Counted from the first letter of the stretch, positions 9,246-20,002 are shown. The stretch is 64,000 nucleotides of DNA from an uncultured Candidatus Saccharibacteria bacterium (GCA_964470995.1 CAYYEP010000003.1:16682-80681); one strand, 5' to 3'. A program made the numbers and translations. The notes: generated by a model from the sequence alone, not told the origin.

Positions 9246-10193
9246 ATGATGTGGTTAATGGTGGCAATATGCAGTTACATCCTCCTCGCGGTCACCTCGC
9301 TGATCGATAAAATCCTGCTTTCGGGTTCGCTTTCCGATGCCAAGCTCTATGCTTTCTATGTGGGAATTTTGAGTTCCGCTGCCTTTCTGCTTTTATTTTT
9401 CAATATCTGGGCCGGCCCTTCCGCCATGGTCATTGCACTTGGTATTGCTTCCGGAGCGGCACAGATATATGGCTCCTATTTCTATCTTTCGGCTTTGCGC
9501 CGGATGGAGGCGTCCCGCGCGGTGCCGATCATTGGCAGTTTGGTGCCAATTTTTGCCTTTCTTCTGACTGCCCTGGTCTCCGGAGGCCGGGCGATCCTTA
9601 GCCCCCAGGAGCTTGCCGGTTTTACTCTCCTTATTCTTGGCGGCTGGCTTATTATGGCGCGCGGCGTATCTCTTAAAAATGGGGGGTTATATTTTGTATT
9701 GCCAGCCTCTTTTCTTTTTGCCCTGACGGTCATTTTATCCAAACTGGTTTATCTGCGGCTTTCAGAAGTCGAGGGCAATTTATGGGGGTTTTTGCCGCTT
9801 TCATTTGCCAACGGTTTCCTGCTAATGTCGTTCGGTTCGGTTTTGGCGGCCCTTACGTTCCTTTTGTCGGGTAATGTTCGCCGGATCGTATTCGGCCATC
9901 ACAGCGTCAAAAAAGAATCCAAGCCCAAATCTTTGTTTTTCTTTGGCCAGATATTAGGCGCCGCCGCCTTCTTGTTGCAAAGCTTTTCGGTATCTATCGC
10001 GCCCCAGGCTAGCGTGCCGGTCATTAATGCGATGGCCGGGGTTCAGTACGTATTTCTTTTCTTCTTTTCGCTGGTTATATCATTTTTTGCTCCCGGGCTG
10101 ATCCGGGAAAAAAATGATTCGGTTTCTATCGTCCAAAAAGCCGCCGCCGTTATTCTCATTATGGGCGGTTTGGCGGTTTTTGCCCTAAAATAA
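9246..10193 (+). CDS. EamA/DMT-family membrane transporter
   Basis: About 10 hydrophobic segments; YLSALRRMEASRAVP and REK..QKAAAVILIMGG patterns. Confidence 0.65.
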   Translation: MMWLMVAICSYILLAVTSLIDKILLSGSLSDAKLYAFYVGILSSAAFLLLFFNIWAGPSAMVIALGIASGAAQIYGSYFYLSALRRMEASRAVPIIGSLVPIFAFLLTALVSGGRAILSPQELAGFTLLILGGWLIMARGVSLKNGGLYFVLPASFLFALTVILSKLVYLRLSEVEGNLWGFLPLSFANGFLLMSFGSVLAALTFLLSGNVRRIVFGHHSVKKESKPKSLFFFGQILGAAAFLLQSFSVSIAPQASVPVINAMAGVQYVFLFFFSLVISFFAPGLIREKNDSVSIVQKAAAVILIMGGLAVFALK

Positions 10194-10283
10194 GTTGCCC
10201 GGAGTTGGTTGCTGGGTAGTTCCTGCTCGAACCGACAACCCTTGGGGTATATTCTGGCGGGTGAATAAAAATGAGAAATAAAA

Positions 10284-11270
10284 ATGAGAAAGAAAAACCG
10301 CGTTTTATTGGTAATAATATTATTGGTGCTGGCCGCCGCGATTTTTTATCTTTATGTGCCGCCTATGGCTAAAAACATCACTTATGGCGTAGTTTTCTCC
10401 CAGAAGCACAGTTATAATATGGGGCTTGATTGGCGGCAAAACTACTCCGTTTTGCTCGACGATCTTGGCGTCAAGCAAATAAAATTGGCGGTACATTGGG
10501 ATATTATTGAGCCCAACGATGCCGAATACGATTTTTCCGACCTGGACTGGCAGTTGGAACAGGCGCGCCGGCATAATGCAAAAATAATGTTGGCCGTCGG
10601 TATGAAAACGCCCCGCTGGCCGGAATGCCATCTTCCCGAATGGGCGAAGAGCCTTAACAAGGATGTCCAGCAGGAAAAGATACTTCAAATGCTTGAAACC
10701 GTGGTGCGGCGTTACGGCGGTAATTCCGAGATCGTTTCTTGGCACATCGAAAACGAACCCCTTTTTCGCTTTGGCGAATGCCCTTGGGTGGACGAAGAAT
10801 TCCTGAAAAAAGAAGTAGCGCAGGTCCGCTCTCTTGACGCGCAAAAAAGACCGGTGATAATATCTGATAGCGGGGAAGGTTCGATGTGGTTTCGCGCCGC
10901 TCGCATTGCCGATATTGTCGGCGTAACTATGTATCGCCGGGTTTATTTCCATGAATTTAAAGTTTACGTAACCTATCCCATTCCTCCGGCGTTTTATTGG
11001 ATAAAATCCAAATTGGTGGAAATTATTTTTCACAAACCCGTGATCTGTGTTGAGCTTCAGGCTGAACCATGGGCCGCAAACCAAATTTACGACGGTGGCG
11101 ACGGCGATGCCAAGACAATGGACATCGGCCAATTCCGCCGGAATGTGAAATTTGCCCAAAACACGGGTTTTGGCACCATCTACCTTTGGGGTAATGAATG
11201 GTGGTACTGGATGAAGACCAAGCATAATCAGCCGGAATTTTGGGAAGAAGCCAAAAAAATATTTAAGTAA
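10284..11270 (+). CDS. Membrane-anchored clan GH-A glycoside hydrolase (GH42/GH5-like TIM barrel)
   Basis: N-terminal TM; WDIIEP..YDFSDLD; ENEP acid/base; ELQAEPW; LWG. Confidence 0.7.
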   Translation: MRKKNRVLLVIILLVLAAAIFYLYVPPMAKNITYGVVFSQKHSYNMGLDWRQNYSVLLDDLGVKQIKLAVHWDIIEPNDAEYDFSDLDWQLEQARRHNAKIMLAVGMKTPRWPECHLPEWAKSLNKDVQQEKILQMLETVVRRYGGNSEIVSWHIENEPLFRFGECPWVDEEFLKKEVAQVRSLDAQKRPVIISDSGEGSMWFRAARIADIVGVTMYRRVYFHEFKVYVTYPIPPAFYWIKSKLVEIIFHKPVICVELQAEPWAANQIYDGGDGDAKTMDIGQFRRNVKFAQNTGFGTIYLWGNEWWYWMKTKHNQPEFWEEAKKIFK

Positions 11271-11375
11271 ATAACAAATTTCCAATGGCAAATTGCAAAA
11301 TAAGATTGGAAAAAGAACGCGTTGGGTCTTAAACTCGTTTGGCATTTGAAATCGGGAATTTGGATTTAAAATATT

Positions 11376-12701
11376 ATGTCAATGTACGATCTTGATTCCA
11401 ACATAAATAATTCTTCGGCAATTCGGCAACCGGCCTCCGGTAAAAATAAGGCTCCGCTTGCCTGGTTCTTTATCGTCTTGGCGCTTTTCTCGGGTTTCGC
11501 TCTCGGGCTGATTTCCTACGGCCGGGTCGGTTTTCTTGCTGAAAGTATCGGCCTGATTCTGCCGCGGTTTGCGCCCGTTCCAATTCAAACCCAGGAGAGT
11601 TCCGCCTCGCCAGCTTCCGCGGAATACGTGCCGCAAACTACCCAGGAAGACGCCGTGATCAGTGCGGTCAAAGCTTACTCTCCGGCCGTTGTTTCAATCA
11701 TCATCACCAAAGACGTGCCGATCTACGAACAATACTATACCCGTCAGACCGACCCATGGGGATTTTGGGATTTTCAGGTGCCCCAGGTGCGCCAAAAGGG
11801 GACCGAATCGCAGGAAGTTGGCGCCGGTTCGGGTTTTATCGTTTCCGAGGATGGTATGATCATCACCAATAAACACGTAGTTGAAGATAAAGATGCCGAA
11901 TATACGGCGATCACCGTTGACGGTCAAAAATATTCCGTTCGAGTGCTTGCCGCAGATCCGGCGCAGGATATCGCGATTTTAAAGATCGATGGCGCCGAAG
12001 GACTTAAATTCTCGTCCGTTAAAATGGGCGATTCCTCCAACCTCCAGATCGGCCAAACCGTGATCGCCATTGGCAACACTCTGGGAGAGTTTAGCAACAC
12101 CGTCTCAGTTGGCGTGATCTCCGGCCTTCAGCGATCGATCACTGCCGCCGGAGGCGGTTCCAGTGAGACGCTGGAAAACCTGATTCAGACAGACGCGGCC
12201 ATTAACGAAGGCAACTCCGGCGGCCCCCTGTTGAATCTTAAGGGCGAGGTCATTGGCATCAATACTGCCGTGGCCAGCGGCGCCGAGAATGTGGGATTCG
12301 TCTTGCCCATAAATTTAGCCAAGCGTGATTTGGAACAGGTTAATACCTTAGGCAAGATCACTTATCCGTATCTGGGTATCTACTATACTATTGTTGACGA
12401 CCGGATCCGGGAGGACAACGGCCTGCCCGTCAATTACGGCGCCTGGGTTACTACAACCAACAAAGAAAATCCCAAAAGCGATATCACTCCGGTGGTAGCC
12501 GGTTCGCCCGCCCGCCTAGCCGGTATTAAGGATCAGGACATCATTCTTGAGATCAATGGCGTTAAAGTCGATAAGAATAATACTTTATCCCAAATTATTG
12601 CAAAATACGCTCCCGGTGATAAAGTGACCTTAAAGATCCAGCGCGCCGACCGGCAGGTTGACCTCGACGTGGCGCTGGGAGATCGCAGTGATTACGAATA
12701 A
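11376..12701 (+). CDS. htrA: HtrA/DegP-family serine protease with PDZ domain
   Basis: GSGFI, TNKHV, DIAILK, IQTDAAINEGNSGGPL, C-terminal PDZ. Confidence 0.92.
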   Translation: MSMYDLDSNINNSSAIRQPASGKNKAPLAWFFIVLALFSGFALGLISYGRVGFLAESIGLILPRFAPVPIQTQESSASPASAEYVPQTTQEDAVISAVKAYSPAVVSIIITKDVPIYEQYYTRQTDPWGFWDFQVPQVRQKGTESQEVGAGSGFIVSEDGMIITNKHVVEDKDAEYTAITVDGQKYSVRVLAADPAQDIAILKIDGAEGLKFSSVKMGDSSNLQIGQTVIAIGNTLGEFSNTVSVGVISGLQRSITAAGGGSSETLENLIQTDAAINEGNSGGPLLNLKGEVIGINTAVASGAENVGFVLPINLAKRDLEQVNTLGKITYPYLGIYYTIVDDRIREDNGLPVNYGAWVTTTNKENPKSDITPVVAGSPARLAGIKDQDIILEINGVKVDKNNTLSQIIAKYAPGDKVTLKIQRADRQVDLDVALGDRSDYE

Positions 12702-12791
12702 ATAGCTTTAAAGCGTAAGGGAGGTGTATAACAAAGATGCGCGGTTGCATTTTGTTTTGCGCTTTGGACTTTTAGCTTTAAACTTAAGTAT

Positions 12792-15500
12792 ATGAATTCT
12801 TCCGCTAATTTTACCCACAAGGCTCAAGAGGCGATTATGCTTGCCCAGGATTTGGCTCGTGAAAAGGGTCAGCAGCAGATTGATGCGCTTCATTTATTGG
12901 TATCGTTGTTATCGCAGGAAAAAAGCTTGATTCTTAACTTGTTTGAGCGTCTTGGCGTTGATGCCGAAACCCTGAAACGCAAAGCGTCCGCGGGATTGAA
13001 TCGCCTGCCGGTTATTCCTTCACCCCAGGCGTTCGGCCAGTTCTATTTGACACAGGATATGGCCAAGGTTCTTGAAAAGGCTCGCGAGGAGGCCTCTAAA
13101 ATGGGCGACGAGTTTATCTCGGTAGAACACCTGCTTTTGGCGCTTTTGGGCACCAATACCAAGGCGCGAGAGGTGCTTGACCGTGCCACATTCATTCGTA
13201 TGGAGGGAGGGGTCGCCCAGATGGAAGCTGAGACGCTGGATTACGAAACGGTTTTAAAGGAACTTGTTAAAATCCGCGGCGGCCAGAGGATTACTGATCC
13301 CGAACCCGAATCAAAATACCAGGTCATCGAAAAATACACCCGTAACCTGACCACTATGGCCCGCCAGGGGAAGATGGATCCGGTCATTGGCCGGGAGAAC
13401 GAAATTCGGCGCCTGATGCAGGTTTTAAGCCGCCGCACCAAGAACAATCCGGTGCTTATCGGCGAAGCCGGGGTGGGGAAAACCGCTATCGTTGAAGGCT
13501 TGGTCCAGCGCATTGTTTCGGGCAATGCGCCCGAAAGCTTGCGCGACAAGGAGCTTATTTCTCTTGATCTTGGCGCTCTCATTGCGGGCACTAAGTACCG
13601 CGGCGAGTTTGAGGATCGCGTTAAAGCTCTATTGCGCGAAATGGATCGCGCCGCCGGCCGTTATATATTCTTTATCGATGAACTGCACACCTTGGTGGGC
13701 GCGGGCGCGGCCGACGGCACTATTGACGCTTCCAATCTTTTGAAGCCCGCGCTTGCGCGGGGTGAATTGAAGGCCATTGGCGCTACCACGCTCAAGGAAT
13801 ACCAGAAATACATCGAAAAGGATCCGGCTCTGGAGCGCCGGTTCCAGCCGGTCTTTGTGGCCGAACCTTCCGTCGAAGATGCCAAAACAATTTTGCTGGG
13901 ATTAAAAGAAAAATATGAATTGCACCACGGCGTCAAAATCGACGAAAAGGGGTTGGAGGCCTGCGTTGAGCTTGCGTCGCGTTATATTCCCGACCGGTTC
14001 CTGCCCGACAAGGCGGTCGACCTGATGGATGAAGCTATGAGTTCCTTGCGTTTGGACATCGAATCCGAACCGGTCGAGTTTGAAAAAATGCGCAAGGATA
14101 TCCAGCGTCTGGAAGTGGAGCAGGAGGCAATCAAGAACGACAAAGATGAAGCTACCGAGATCAGATTGAAAGCTATTGCCCGCGAGTTGGCCGATATGAA
14201 GGAAAAAGCCGGTGCGGTTGAAGCTAAATGGCGCTCGGAAAAGGAAACTATCGAAAAAATCAAGAACGTAAAAAAACAGCTTGAAGGGTTTCGTTTCGAG
14301 ATTGAGAAAGAAGAATCCCATGCTAATCTCCAGCGCGTCGCCGAATTGAAATACGGTAAAATCCCGCAACTAATGAAAGAAATGAAAGCCGCCGAAAAAA
14401 AGCTGGCGCGGTTTCAGAAAGATCGCCCGATCTTAAAAGAACGGGTGACCGCCGAAGACGTGGCCAAAGTGGTTTCCCGCTGGACCGGTATTCCGGTGAT
14501 GCGCCTGATGGAAGAAGAGGCTCGCAAGCTCCAAAACCTGGAAGACATTTTGAAACGACGCATAATTGGCCAGGAAGCGGCGATTGTTGCCATTTCCAAT
14601 GCCATTCGCCGGGCGCGCGCGGGGATCGCCGAAGAAAACCGGCCTTTGGGCTCATTTATGTTCCTGGGGCCAACTGGCGTGGGCAAGACCGAAACCGCTA
14701 AGGCCCTCGCGGAGTTTATGTTTAACGACGAAAATGCCCTGATTCGGCTGGATATGTCCGAATATATGGAGAAGCATACCGTTTCACGCATTTTAGGTTC
14801 GCCTCCGGGCTACGTTGGCTACGAAGAAGGCGGCCAGCTGACCGAAAAGATACGCCGCCGCCCGTACTCGGTTATTCTTTTAGACGAGATCGAAAAAGCT
14901 CATCCGGAAGTGTTTAATATTCTTTTGCAGATCCTCGAGGATGGTCGTCTGACCGATGCCAAGGGCCGTGTCGCGTCGTTCAAGAACTCGATCCTTATTA
15001 TGACCTCAAATATTGGCTCCGAGATCATTGCCAAAGAAGCGGCACTGGGGTTCTCGGTCCATGCCGCCGACGAAGGCAGTACGGAAAAGATCCACGATAA
15101 AGTAATGGCGGTTTTAAAAGAATCATTCCGTCCGGAATTCCTGAATCGTATCGATGAGATTGTCATTTTTAACTATCTGGGCAAAGATCAGATCAAAAAG
15201 ATCGTTGACCTTGAATTGCGCAAAATCGATAAGCGGCTCCGCGCTAAAAGTATTGGCATTACCGTGACCGACGTCGCCAAAGAGATTCTGGCCCATCGCG
15301 GTTTTGATGCCAATTTGGGTGCTCGGCCCTTGCGCCGCGTAATTCAAAAGTTAGTTCTTGACGCCCTGGCATTAAAAATCGTTTCCGGGGAAGTGAAAGA
15401 GGGCGACAATGCGCTTGTTGATGCTCAAGACGATCAAGTTGTGATAAAGTTGCCGGTTAAAAACGCAAAACCCCGGAAAACCGCCAAAACCGCGGCATAA
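12792..15500 (+). CDS. clpB: Chaperone ClpB
   Basis: Two AAA+ modules ([16 protein letters not shown]), long coiled-coil middle domain, GARPLRR. Confidence 0.95.
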   Translation: MNSSANFTHKAQEAIMLAQDLAREKGQQQIDALHLLVSLLSQEKSLILNLFERLGVDAETLKRKASAGLNRLPVIPSPQAFGQFYLTQDMAKVLEKAREEASKMGDEFISVEHLLLALLGTNTKAREVLDRATFIRMEGGVAQMEAETLDYETVLKELVKIRGGQRITDPEPESKYQVIEKYTRNLTTMARQGKMDPVIGRENEIRRLMQVLSRRTKNNPVLIGEAGVGKTAIVEGLVQRIVSGNAPESLRDKELISLDLGALIAGTKYRGEFEDRVKALLREMDRAAGRYIFFIDELHTLVGAGAADGTIDASNLLKPALARGELKAIGATTLKEYQKYIEKDPALERRFQPVFVAEPSVEDAKTILLGLKEKYELHHGVKIDEKGLEACVELASRYIPDRFLPDKAVDLMDEAMSSLRLDIESEPVEFEKMRKDIQRLEVEQEAIKNDKDEATEIRLKAIARELADMKEKAGAVEAKWRSEKETIEKIKNVKKQLEGFRFEIEKEESHANLQRVAELKYGKIPQLMKEMKAAEKKLARFQKDRPILKERVTAEDVAKVVSRWTGIPVMRLMEEEARKLQNLEDILKRRIIGQEAAIVAISNAIRRARAGIAEENRPLGSFMFLGPTGVGKTETAKALAEFMFNDENALIRLDMSEYMEKHTVSRILGSPPGYVGYEEGGQLTEKIRRRPYSVILLDEIEKAHPEVFNILLQILEDGRLTDAKGRVASFKNSILIMTSNIGSEIIAKEAALGFSVHAADEGSTEKIHDKVMAVLKESFRPEFLNRIDEIVIFNYLGKDQIKKIVDLELRKIDKRLRAKSIGITVTDVAKEILAHRGFDANLGARPLRRVIQKLVLDALALKIVSGEVKEGDNALVDAQDDQVVIKLPVKNAKPRKTAKTAA

Positions 15501-15503
15501 ATT

Positions 15504-16211
15504 ATGAACATCAAACAAACGCTTAAGCTTCTGTTGCTCGTTATTATTGTGCTTGCCGGCGGTTTGTTGGGCGGTCTGGCAACCTTCTATTATCTTGCCG
15601 CTGATCCTGCGGCTTTTGGCGGCGGCACCCAGGGACCGGTGCTTGTGGCGCAAAAACAGGAAACTATTGTGCGCGAAAACGAAGCCATTGTTGGTACTAT
15701 CGCCAAAATTTCGGGTATCGCAATGAATATTAAAGTAACCGGGACCAAAGGTAATGAGGTTGCCGGTTCCGGCGTCATCATCACTTCCGACGGTATGGCG
15801 GCGGTTCCATACGGTCTTTATCCTCCGGGTTCCCAGGCGGTAGTTTCGATAGGTGGTGAAAAAGTTACTTATACGGTCGCAACGCGCGATAAGGCCGCCG
15901 ACGTGGTAATCTTGAAGCTTGGCGGTTCCAATTGGCCTACTGCGGGATTTGCTTCGATTGAAGACATTAAATTGGGCCAGCGCGTATTTATGGTGGGAAC
16001 CATTTCGGAAAGCGGTTATTTCGCCAACGAAGGGATTATAAGGGTCATTGGCCAGGATTTGATTGGCACGACAATTGTGGAAACCGCGGCGGCCGCGGGC
16101 AGCCCCGTACTTGATATCGAGGGTAATATCATCGGCATCGCCTCCGTCGACAGCGGCGGTTTCGTCAGTATCATTCCAATCGCCAAGATCAAAGAGGTCG
16201 CCAACCTCTAA
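15504..16211 (+). CDS. Membrane-anchored trypsin-like protein, catalytically degenerate
   Basis: GSGVIITSDG and GSPVLDIEGNIIGI resemble HtrA, but the His and Ser positions are not conserved. Confidence 0.65.
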   Translation: MNIKQTLKLLLLVIIVLAGGLLGGLATFYYLAADPAAFGGGTQGPVLVAQKQETIVRENEAIVGTIAKISGIAMNIKVTGTKGNEVAGSGVIITSDGMAAVPYGLYPPGSQAVVSIGGEKVTYTVATRDKAADVVILKLGGSNWPTAGFASIEDIKLGQRVFMVGTISESGYFANEGIIRVIGQDLIGTTIVETAAAAGSPVLDIEGNIIGIASVDSGGFVSIIPIAKIKEVANL

Positions 16212-16222
16212 TGTCTGTATTT

Positions 16223-16331
16223 CAAGGTCGGTCCTTGGTACTCGTATTTTTGCCAAGGTGCGGCCTTGGTTTTAACTGTTTTTTTTAATCCAAAAAGGTC
16301 GGTCCTTGGCTTTGTAGGGACCGGCCTTTTT
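16223..16331. repeat. Two adjacent diverged REP-doublet hairpins
   Basis: caaggtcggtccttgg..ccaaggtgcggccttg (16223-16268) and aaaaaggtcggtcct..agggaccggccttttt (16292-16331); ctgtattt and ctgcgtttt flanks. Confidence 0.75.
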
Positions 16332-16389
16332 AAACTGCGTTTTTACTTTTTATGTCCCAGTTGTTATAATGTTGAAATAACTTGTCCGT

Positions 16390-17118
16390 ATGGAGCGAAA
16401 ATACCTTATTGCGGCCGCGCTTTTATCGATAGGGTTGATGGGGGGAATTTTTGTGCTTGTCCGCCAAAATGGCGGCATTAAAATAGCTGCCGCCCGGATC
16501 GCCGATAGTTTGGGTGGGCAGGGGAGCGGTTGGGTGCAGATCCAGCCCCGAACCAAAGATGGCGAATCAAACCAGGAAATTTTCCAAGATAATTCGGCCA
16601 TATCGGCTCCGTCCGGTGCCGCCGACAAAGCTAAACCAGCTCCGGTCGTTTGGTGCGACCCTTTGTCGGCCTCTGCTGCGGAGCCGCTCCATGAGGTAAT
16701 CTTTAACGAGATTGCGTGGATGGGCACGGCGGCAAACTATAGCGACGAATGGATCGAATTAAAAAATATTACTGCCGGGCATATCGATCTTTCGGGATGG
16801 CAGATGCAGAATAAAAACAAAAAAATCAAAGTTTTTTTTGCCGCCGCCGATGTCTTGCCCGCCGATGGACTCTATCTTCTTGAGCGTACCGATGACGGCA
16901 CGGTTCCGTCCGTTGCCGCCAACAAAATATATACCGGCGGCATGGCAAATACCGGTGATGCGCTTTATCTTTTTGACAAAGATTGCCGGTTGCAGGACGC
17001 GGTTGCCGCTTCGCCTAAATGGCCGGCGGGAGATAATGCCGCCAAACTTACTATGGCGCGCCTTCCCGGCTTTAATTGGGCCAACAGCGTCTTAACCGGT
17101 GGCACCCCCGGCAAATAG
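16390..17118 (+). CDS. Membrane-anchored lamin-tail domain (LTD) protein
   Basis: VIFNEIAWMGT..DEWIELKN..DLSGW..LERTDD..GTPG. Confidence 0.75.
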   Translation: MERKYLIAAALLSIGLMGGIFVLVRQNGGIKIAAARIADSLGGQGSGWVQIQPRTKDGESNQEIFQDNSAISAPSGAADKAKPAPVVWCDPLSASAAEPLHEVIFNEIAWMGTAANYSDEWIELKNITAGHIDLSGWQMQNKNKKIKVFFAAADVLPADGLYLLERTDDGTVPSVAANKIYTGGMANTGDALYLFDKDCRLQDAVAASPKWPAGDNAAKLTMARLPGFNWANSVLTGGTPGK

Positions 17119-17153
17119 TCTTCTGAATTTGTATCCCTGAAGTGTGTATTTTT

Positions 17154-17192
17154 AAGGTTGCACCCGGCGAAGTACGCCGAGGTGCCACTCTT
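17154..17192. repeat. Diverged REP-doublet hairpin
   Basis: aaggttgcacccggcg-aagta-cgccgaggtgccactctt, with tgtattttt 5' and ctgtattt 3'. Confidence 0.65.
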
Positions 17193-17235
17193 ATCGACTG
17201 TATTTACCCCGTTTTTTGAAATTGTGTTAAAATTA

Positions 17236-17272
17236 TGTCCTATATTGTACTAATCTCAATGTGAATAGGACA
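17236..17272. promoter_or_regulatory. Inverted repeat, candidate operator of the downstream HTH gene
   Basis: TGTCCTAT-21 nt-ATAGGACA. Confidence 0.4.
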
Positions 17273-17363
17273 ATTATCTGCTATACTGATATAATTAATT
17301 ATTCTTAGAGGGATACATAATGAATTTTCGGGGCGGAGTGCGTCCCGAAAATCAAATTCGAAT

Positions 17364-18194
17364 ATGGATAAAAATAACCTTATACAACTGACAAAAGACG
17401 TCTATCGGCTGTCTTTGTTATTTCCCAATAAGGAACCCTTGCGCTACCGCATAAGGGAAGCGGCCGACGATATTATCGCCGGGTTCATAATGAAGCGCAA
17501 TGATTATCTTCAGGATATTAAATTACAGCTGGAGGCCCTTGATAGTTTCTTTGATATTGCTTCTTGTCAGGATTGGACTTCTCCTTCGCGCGTGATCGCG
17601 ATTCGAGATCGGTACCGCGCCGTGGCTCGCGAATTGGCGCTGGCAAAGCCTTCGCCTGAACCCATCATTTTGCCCGGGTCGGCCTCTAAAGACGTGATTC
17701 AACCTGCCCCGGCCAGCGTTACCGAACCCGAATTCGCGCCTATAACGCCGCTCGAATCACTGGACAAGGACGAAATAATCCTCCCGCCGTCAATCGAAGA
17801 GACCGGGCCCGCCGCGGTTTATCCGATGTTGCGCCCGGAAAGCCGGGTGATTTCGGTCGAAGAACCGGCCGTCCTTCCGGCCATTCCCAAAGACTCTGCC
17901 GCCATCTCCCCGGAACCGGAAAATACCGAAGCAGACATTGATTTGGGCGAAGAAGAAAACGAAGAGGAAAGCGGTACCGGTTTGACTAGCGGCCAGATAC
18001 TGCGCCAAAACCGTATTTTAACCTTTTTAAAGGAAAATGGCGGTGCCCAAGTTTGGGAAATTCAAAAGATTTTTCCTGATGTGAGTAAGCGCACCATTCG
18101 TCGCGATTTTCGTTCAATGCTCCGGCAGGGGCTTATCGAACGCTATGGCGAGCGCAATACCACATCCTACAAGCTCAAAATTAATCTCTCCTAA
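17364..18194 (+). CDS. Four-helix-bundle N-domain, Pro/acidic linker, DeoR-like wHTH
   Basis: VYRLSLLFPNKEPLRYRIRE (TIGR02436/Avd-like pattern); RQNRILTFLKE..VSKRTIRRDF. Confidence 0.65.
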   Translation: MDKNNLIQLTKDVYRLSLLFPNKEPLRYRIREAADDIIAGFIMKRNDYLQDIKLQLEALDSFFDIASCQDWTSPSRVIAIRDRYRAVARELALAKPSPEPIILPGSASKDVIQPAPASVTEPEFAPITPLESLDKDEIILPPSIEETGPAAVYPMLRPESRVISVEEPAVLPAIPKDSAAISPEPENTEADIDLGEEENEEESGTGLTSGQILRQNRILTFLKENGGAQVWEIQKIFPDVSKRTIRRDFRSMLRQGLIERYGERNTTSYKLKINLS

Positions 18195-18214
18195 GTTCTG
18201 TATTCTGTATTTTA

Positions 18215-18250
18215 AAGGTAGCTCCTCGGCGGGCGTCGAGGAGCTAACTT
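18215..18250. repeat. Diverged REP-doublet hairpin
   Basis: aaggtagctcctcggcg-gg-cgtcgaggagctaactt, ctgtattt on both sides. Confidence 0.65.
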
Positions 18251-18417
18251 GATAAGCTGTATTTAGATTTGAGTCCATATTCCAGCGCACATTTTTTAGT
18301 TTTTTGTCAATATTGTTTTGCTTGTATTTTCGCTTAAAATGTGCTATAATTAAAGTTAGGAGATAGTATCGCCCCACCCATATATTGAGTGGTATTCGGT
18401 GTTGTTTGCTGCGTTTT

Positions 18418-18527
18418 CAAGGTCGTTTCTCGGCACATCGTGTTTTTACCTGGGTGCGGCCTAAATAAACTGCGTTTCAAGGTCATTTTTTTGGCAACTT
18501 GATAAAGGGTTGCAAAGCCTGACCTTG
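18418..18527. repeat. Two degenerate REP-doublet hairpins
   Basis: ctgcgttttcaaggtcg..ggtgcggcct and ctgcgtttcaaggtca..tgaccttg. Confidence 0.55.
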
Positions 18528-18570
18528 GGAAAACTTGAATTTCCCGATAGAAATAGGCGACTCGAAATCA

Positions 18571-19074
18571 ATGAATAAAGCACAAACGGAATTTGCTAAA
18601 ATATACGACGCCAACATAGACAAGATCTATCGTTTTGTTTTTCTGCGGGTTAATTCCAAAGAATCGGCCCAGGATATTGTCTCCGAAACTTTTACGAAAT
18701 GTTGGAACACTTACAAAGATGCTCCGGATAATATAAAAAATCCTCGGGCGTTTTTGTACCGAGCCGCTAAGAATCTGGTCATCGACCATTACCGCAAGCA
18801 GGGTAGGACACCCGCTGTCGCCGCCAATTTCGCCGATATTGAAATTGCCGATCCCAAAGCCGATTTCGAGCAAAAAGCGATCTTGGCCTCCGATATGGAA
18901 ACGGTGCGCAAAACTATGTTGGCGATGAATGAAGATTACCAGAACGCCATAATCTGGCGTTATCTGGAAGATATGCCTATCAAGGAAGTCTCCCAGCTAT
19001 TGGAACGTTCCGAAGAGGCCACCCGCGTATTGCTCCATCGGGCTATGAAGGATCTTCGCACCCGCCTCTCCTAA
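18571..19074 (+). CDS. ECF (sigma-24-like) RNA polymerase sigma factor
   Basis: AQDIVSETF..W; FLYRAAKNLVIDHYRK (region 2); region 4 HTH ending TRVLLHRA. Confidence 0.9.
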   Translation: MNKAQTEFAKIYDANIDKIYRFVFLRVNSKESAQDIVSETFTKCWNTYKDAPDNIKNPRAFLYRAAKNLVIDHYRKQGRTPAVAANFADIEIADPKADFEQKAILASDMETVRKTMLAMNEDYQNAIIWRYLEDMPIKEVSQLLERSEEATRVLLHRAMKDLRTRLS

Positions 19075-19174
19075 CCGCATTAAATTTTGCATTTGTATCA
19101 GTAACGCGGCTCCTGCGTAGCAACATAAGTGCCGCCTTTACGGCTGCAATTCTATGTATGCATAAAATACATAC

Positions 19175-19204
19175 TGTAACAAAATTGACATCCAGGCGTC
19201 ATAA
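19175..19204 (+). promoter_or_regulatory. ECF-type promoter upstream of the anti-sigma gene
   Basis: TGTAAC-16 nt-CGTCATAA matches the AAC..CGT ECF consensus. Confidence 0.6.
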
Positions 19205-19240
19205 CTATATTCGGACCAAATATCGAATACCGCGAATACT

Positions 19241-20002
19241 ATGGAAAGCGATAACGAATTGATCAGCCAAATAAGAAAACTAAGGGAAATTAAGCCTGAT
19301 TCGGCCTGGTCCGCTTCGGTTCGCACCCAAATAGTAGGACAGGATATGGTGGGACAAAAAAAGTCTATTCTCTCCGTATTCGGTGCCGCGCTTTCCCAAT
19401 ATCGGATATCTTTTGCCTCGCTGGCGGTTTTTCTGATGGCGGGGGGCACGGTTGCGATAGCGCAAAACTCCCTTCCGGGTGACTCTCTCTATGCTGTAAA
19501 GCGTGCCACGGAAAGGGGATTGGCGCTCATCGAGGGTAAGGGTAACGTAGCTTCCGCCAATCTGGATCTGGCGGCCAAGCGTCTGGCCGAAATTGACCTG
19601 ATATCGCAAAAAAACTTGGGCCAAAAAATACCGGCCGCGCTGGAAGAATACAAGAATGCAAAATCGGCGGCCAAAAAGGAAGTTGCCGCCCAGATCGCCC
19701 AAAACCCCGAAAATGCCGCCCAAATAGTTAAAAACGCGGTGGTGGCAATGAAAGATATCAACGATAAGGAAAGGCAGATCTACGGAGCGTTGGGAGTGGA
19801 GCAGAATGCTACTTCCACCGGTGACGTTTCCGATTCTGCGTCCGACAAAGCGATAATTGGTTCGCTTATCGACAGCCTGCGAAATAATACCGGCTTATCC
19901 GAAGATCAGCTTAAGGATTTGGAAAAAGTAATGGCCCAGTACAATAATGAAAATTACCGCCAAGCTCTTGATATTTATCTGAACAGTTCCATCAACAAAT
20001 AA
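19241..20002 (+). CDS. DUF5667-like membrane protein, probable anti-sigma factor
   Basis: LREIKPDSAW N-terminus, one TM segment, SLPGDSLYAVKRATE motif; follows the ECF sigma. Confidence 0.7.
   Translation: MESDNELISQIRKLREIKPDSAWSASVRTQIVGQDMVGQKKSILSVFGAALSQYRISFASLAVFLMAGGTVAIAQNSLPGDSLYAVKRATERGLALIEGKGNVASANLDLAAKRLAEIDLISQKNLGQKIPAALEEYKNAKSAAKKEVAAQIAQNPENAAQIVKNAVVAMKDINDKERQIYGALGVEQNATSTGDVSDSASDKAIIGSLIDSLRNNTGLSEDQLKDLEKVMAQYNNENYRQALDIYLNSSINK

Noticed and set aside
17364-18194. Diversity-generating retroelement suggested by the Avd-like domain
   Set aside because: No reverse transcriptase and no TR/VR pair seen.
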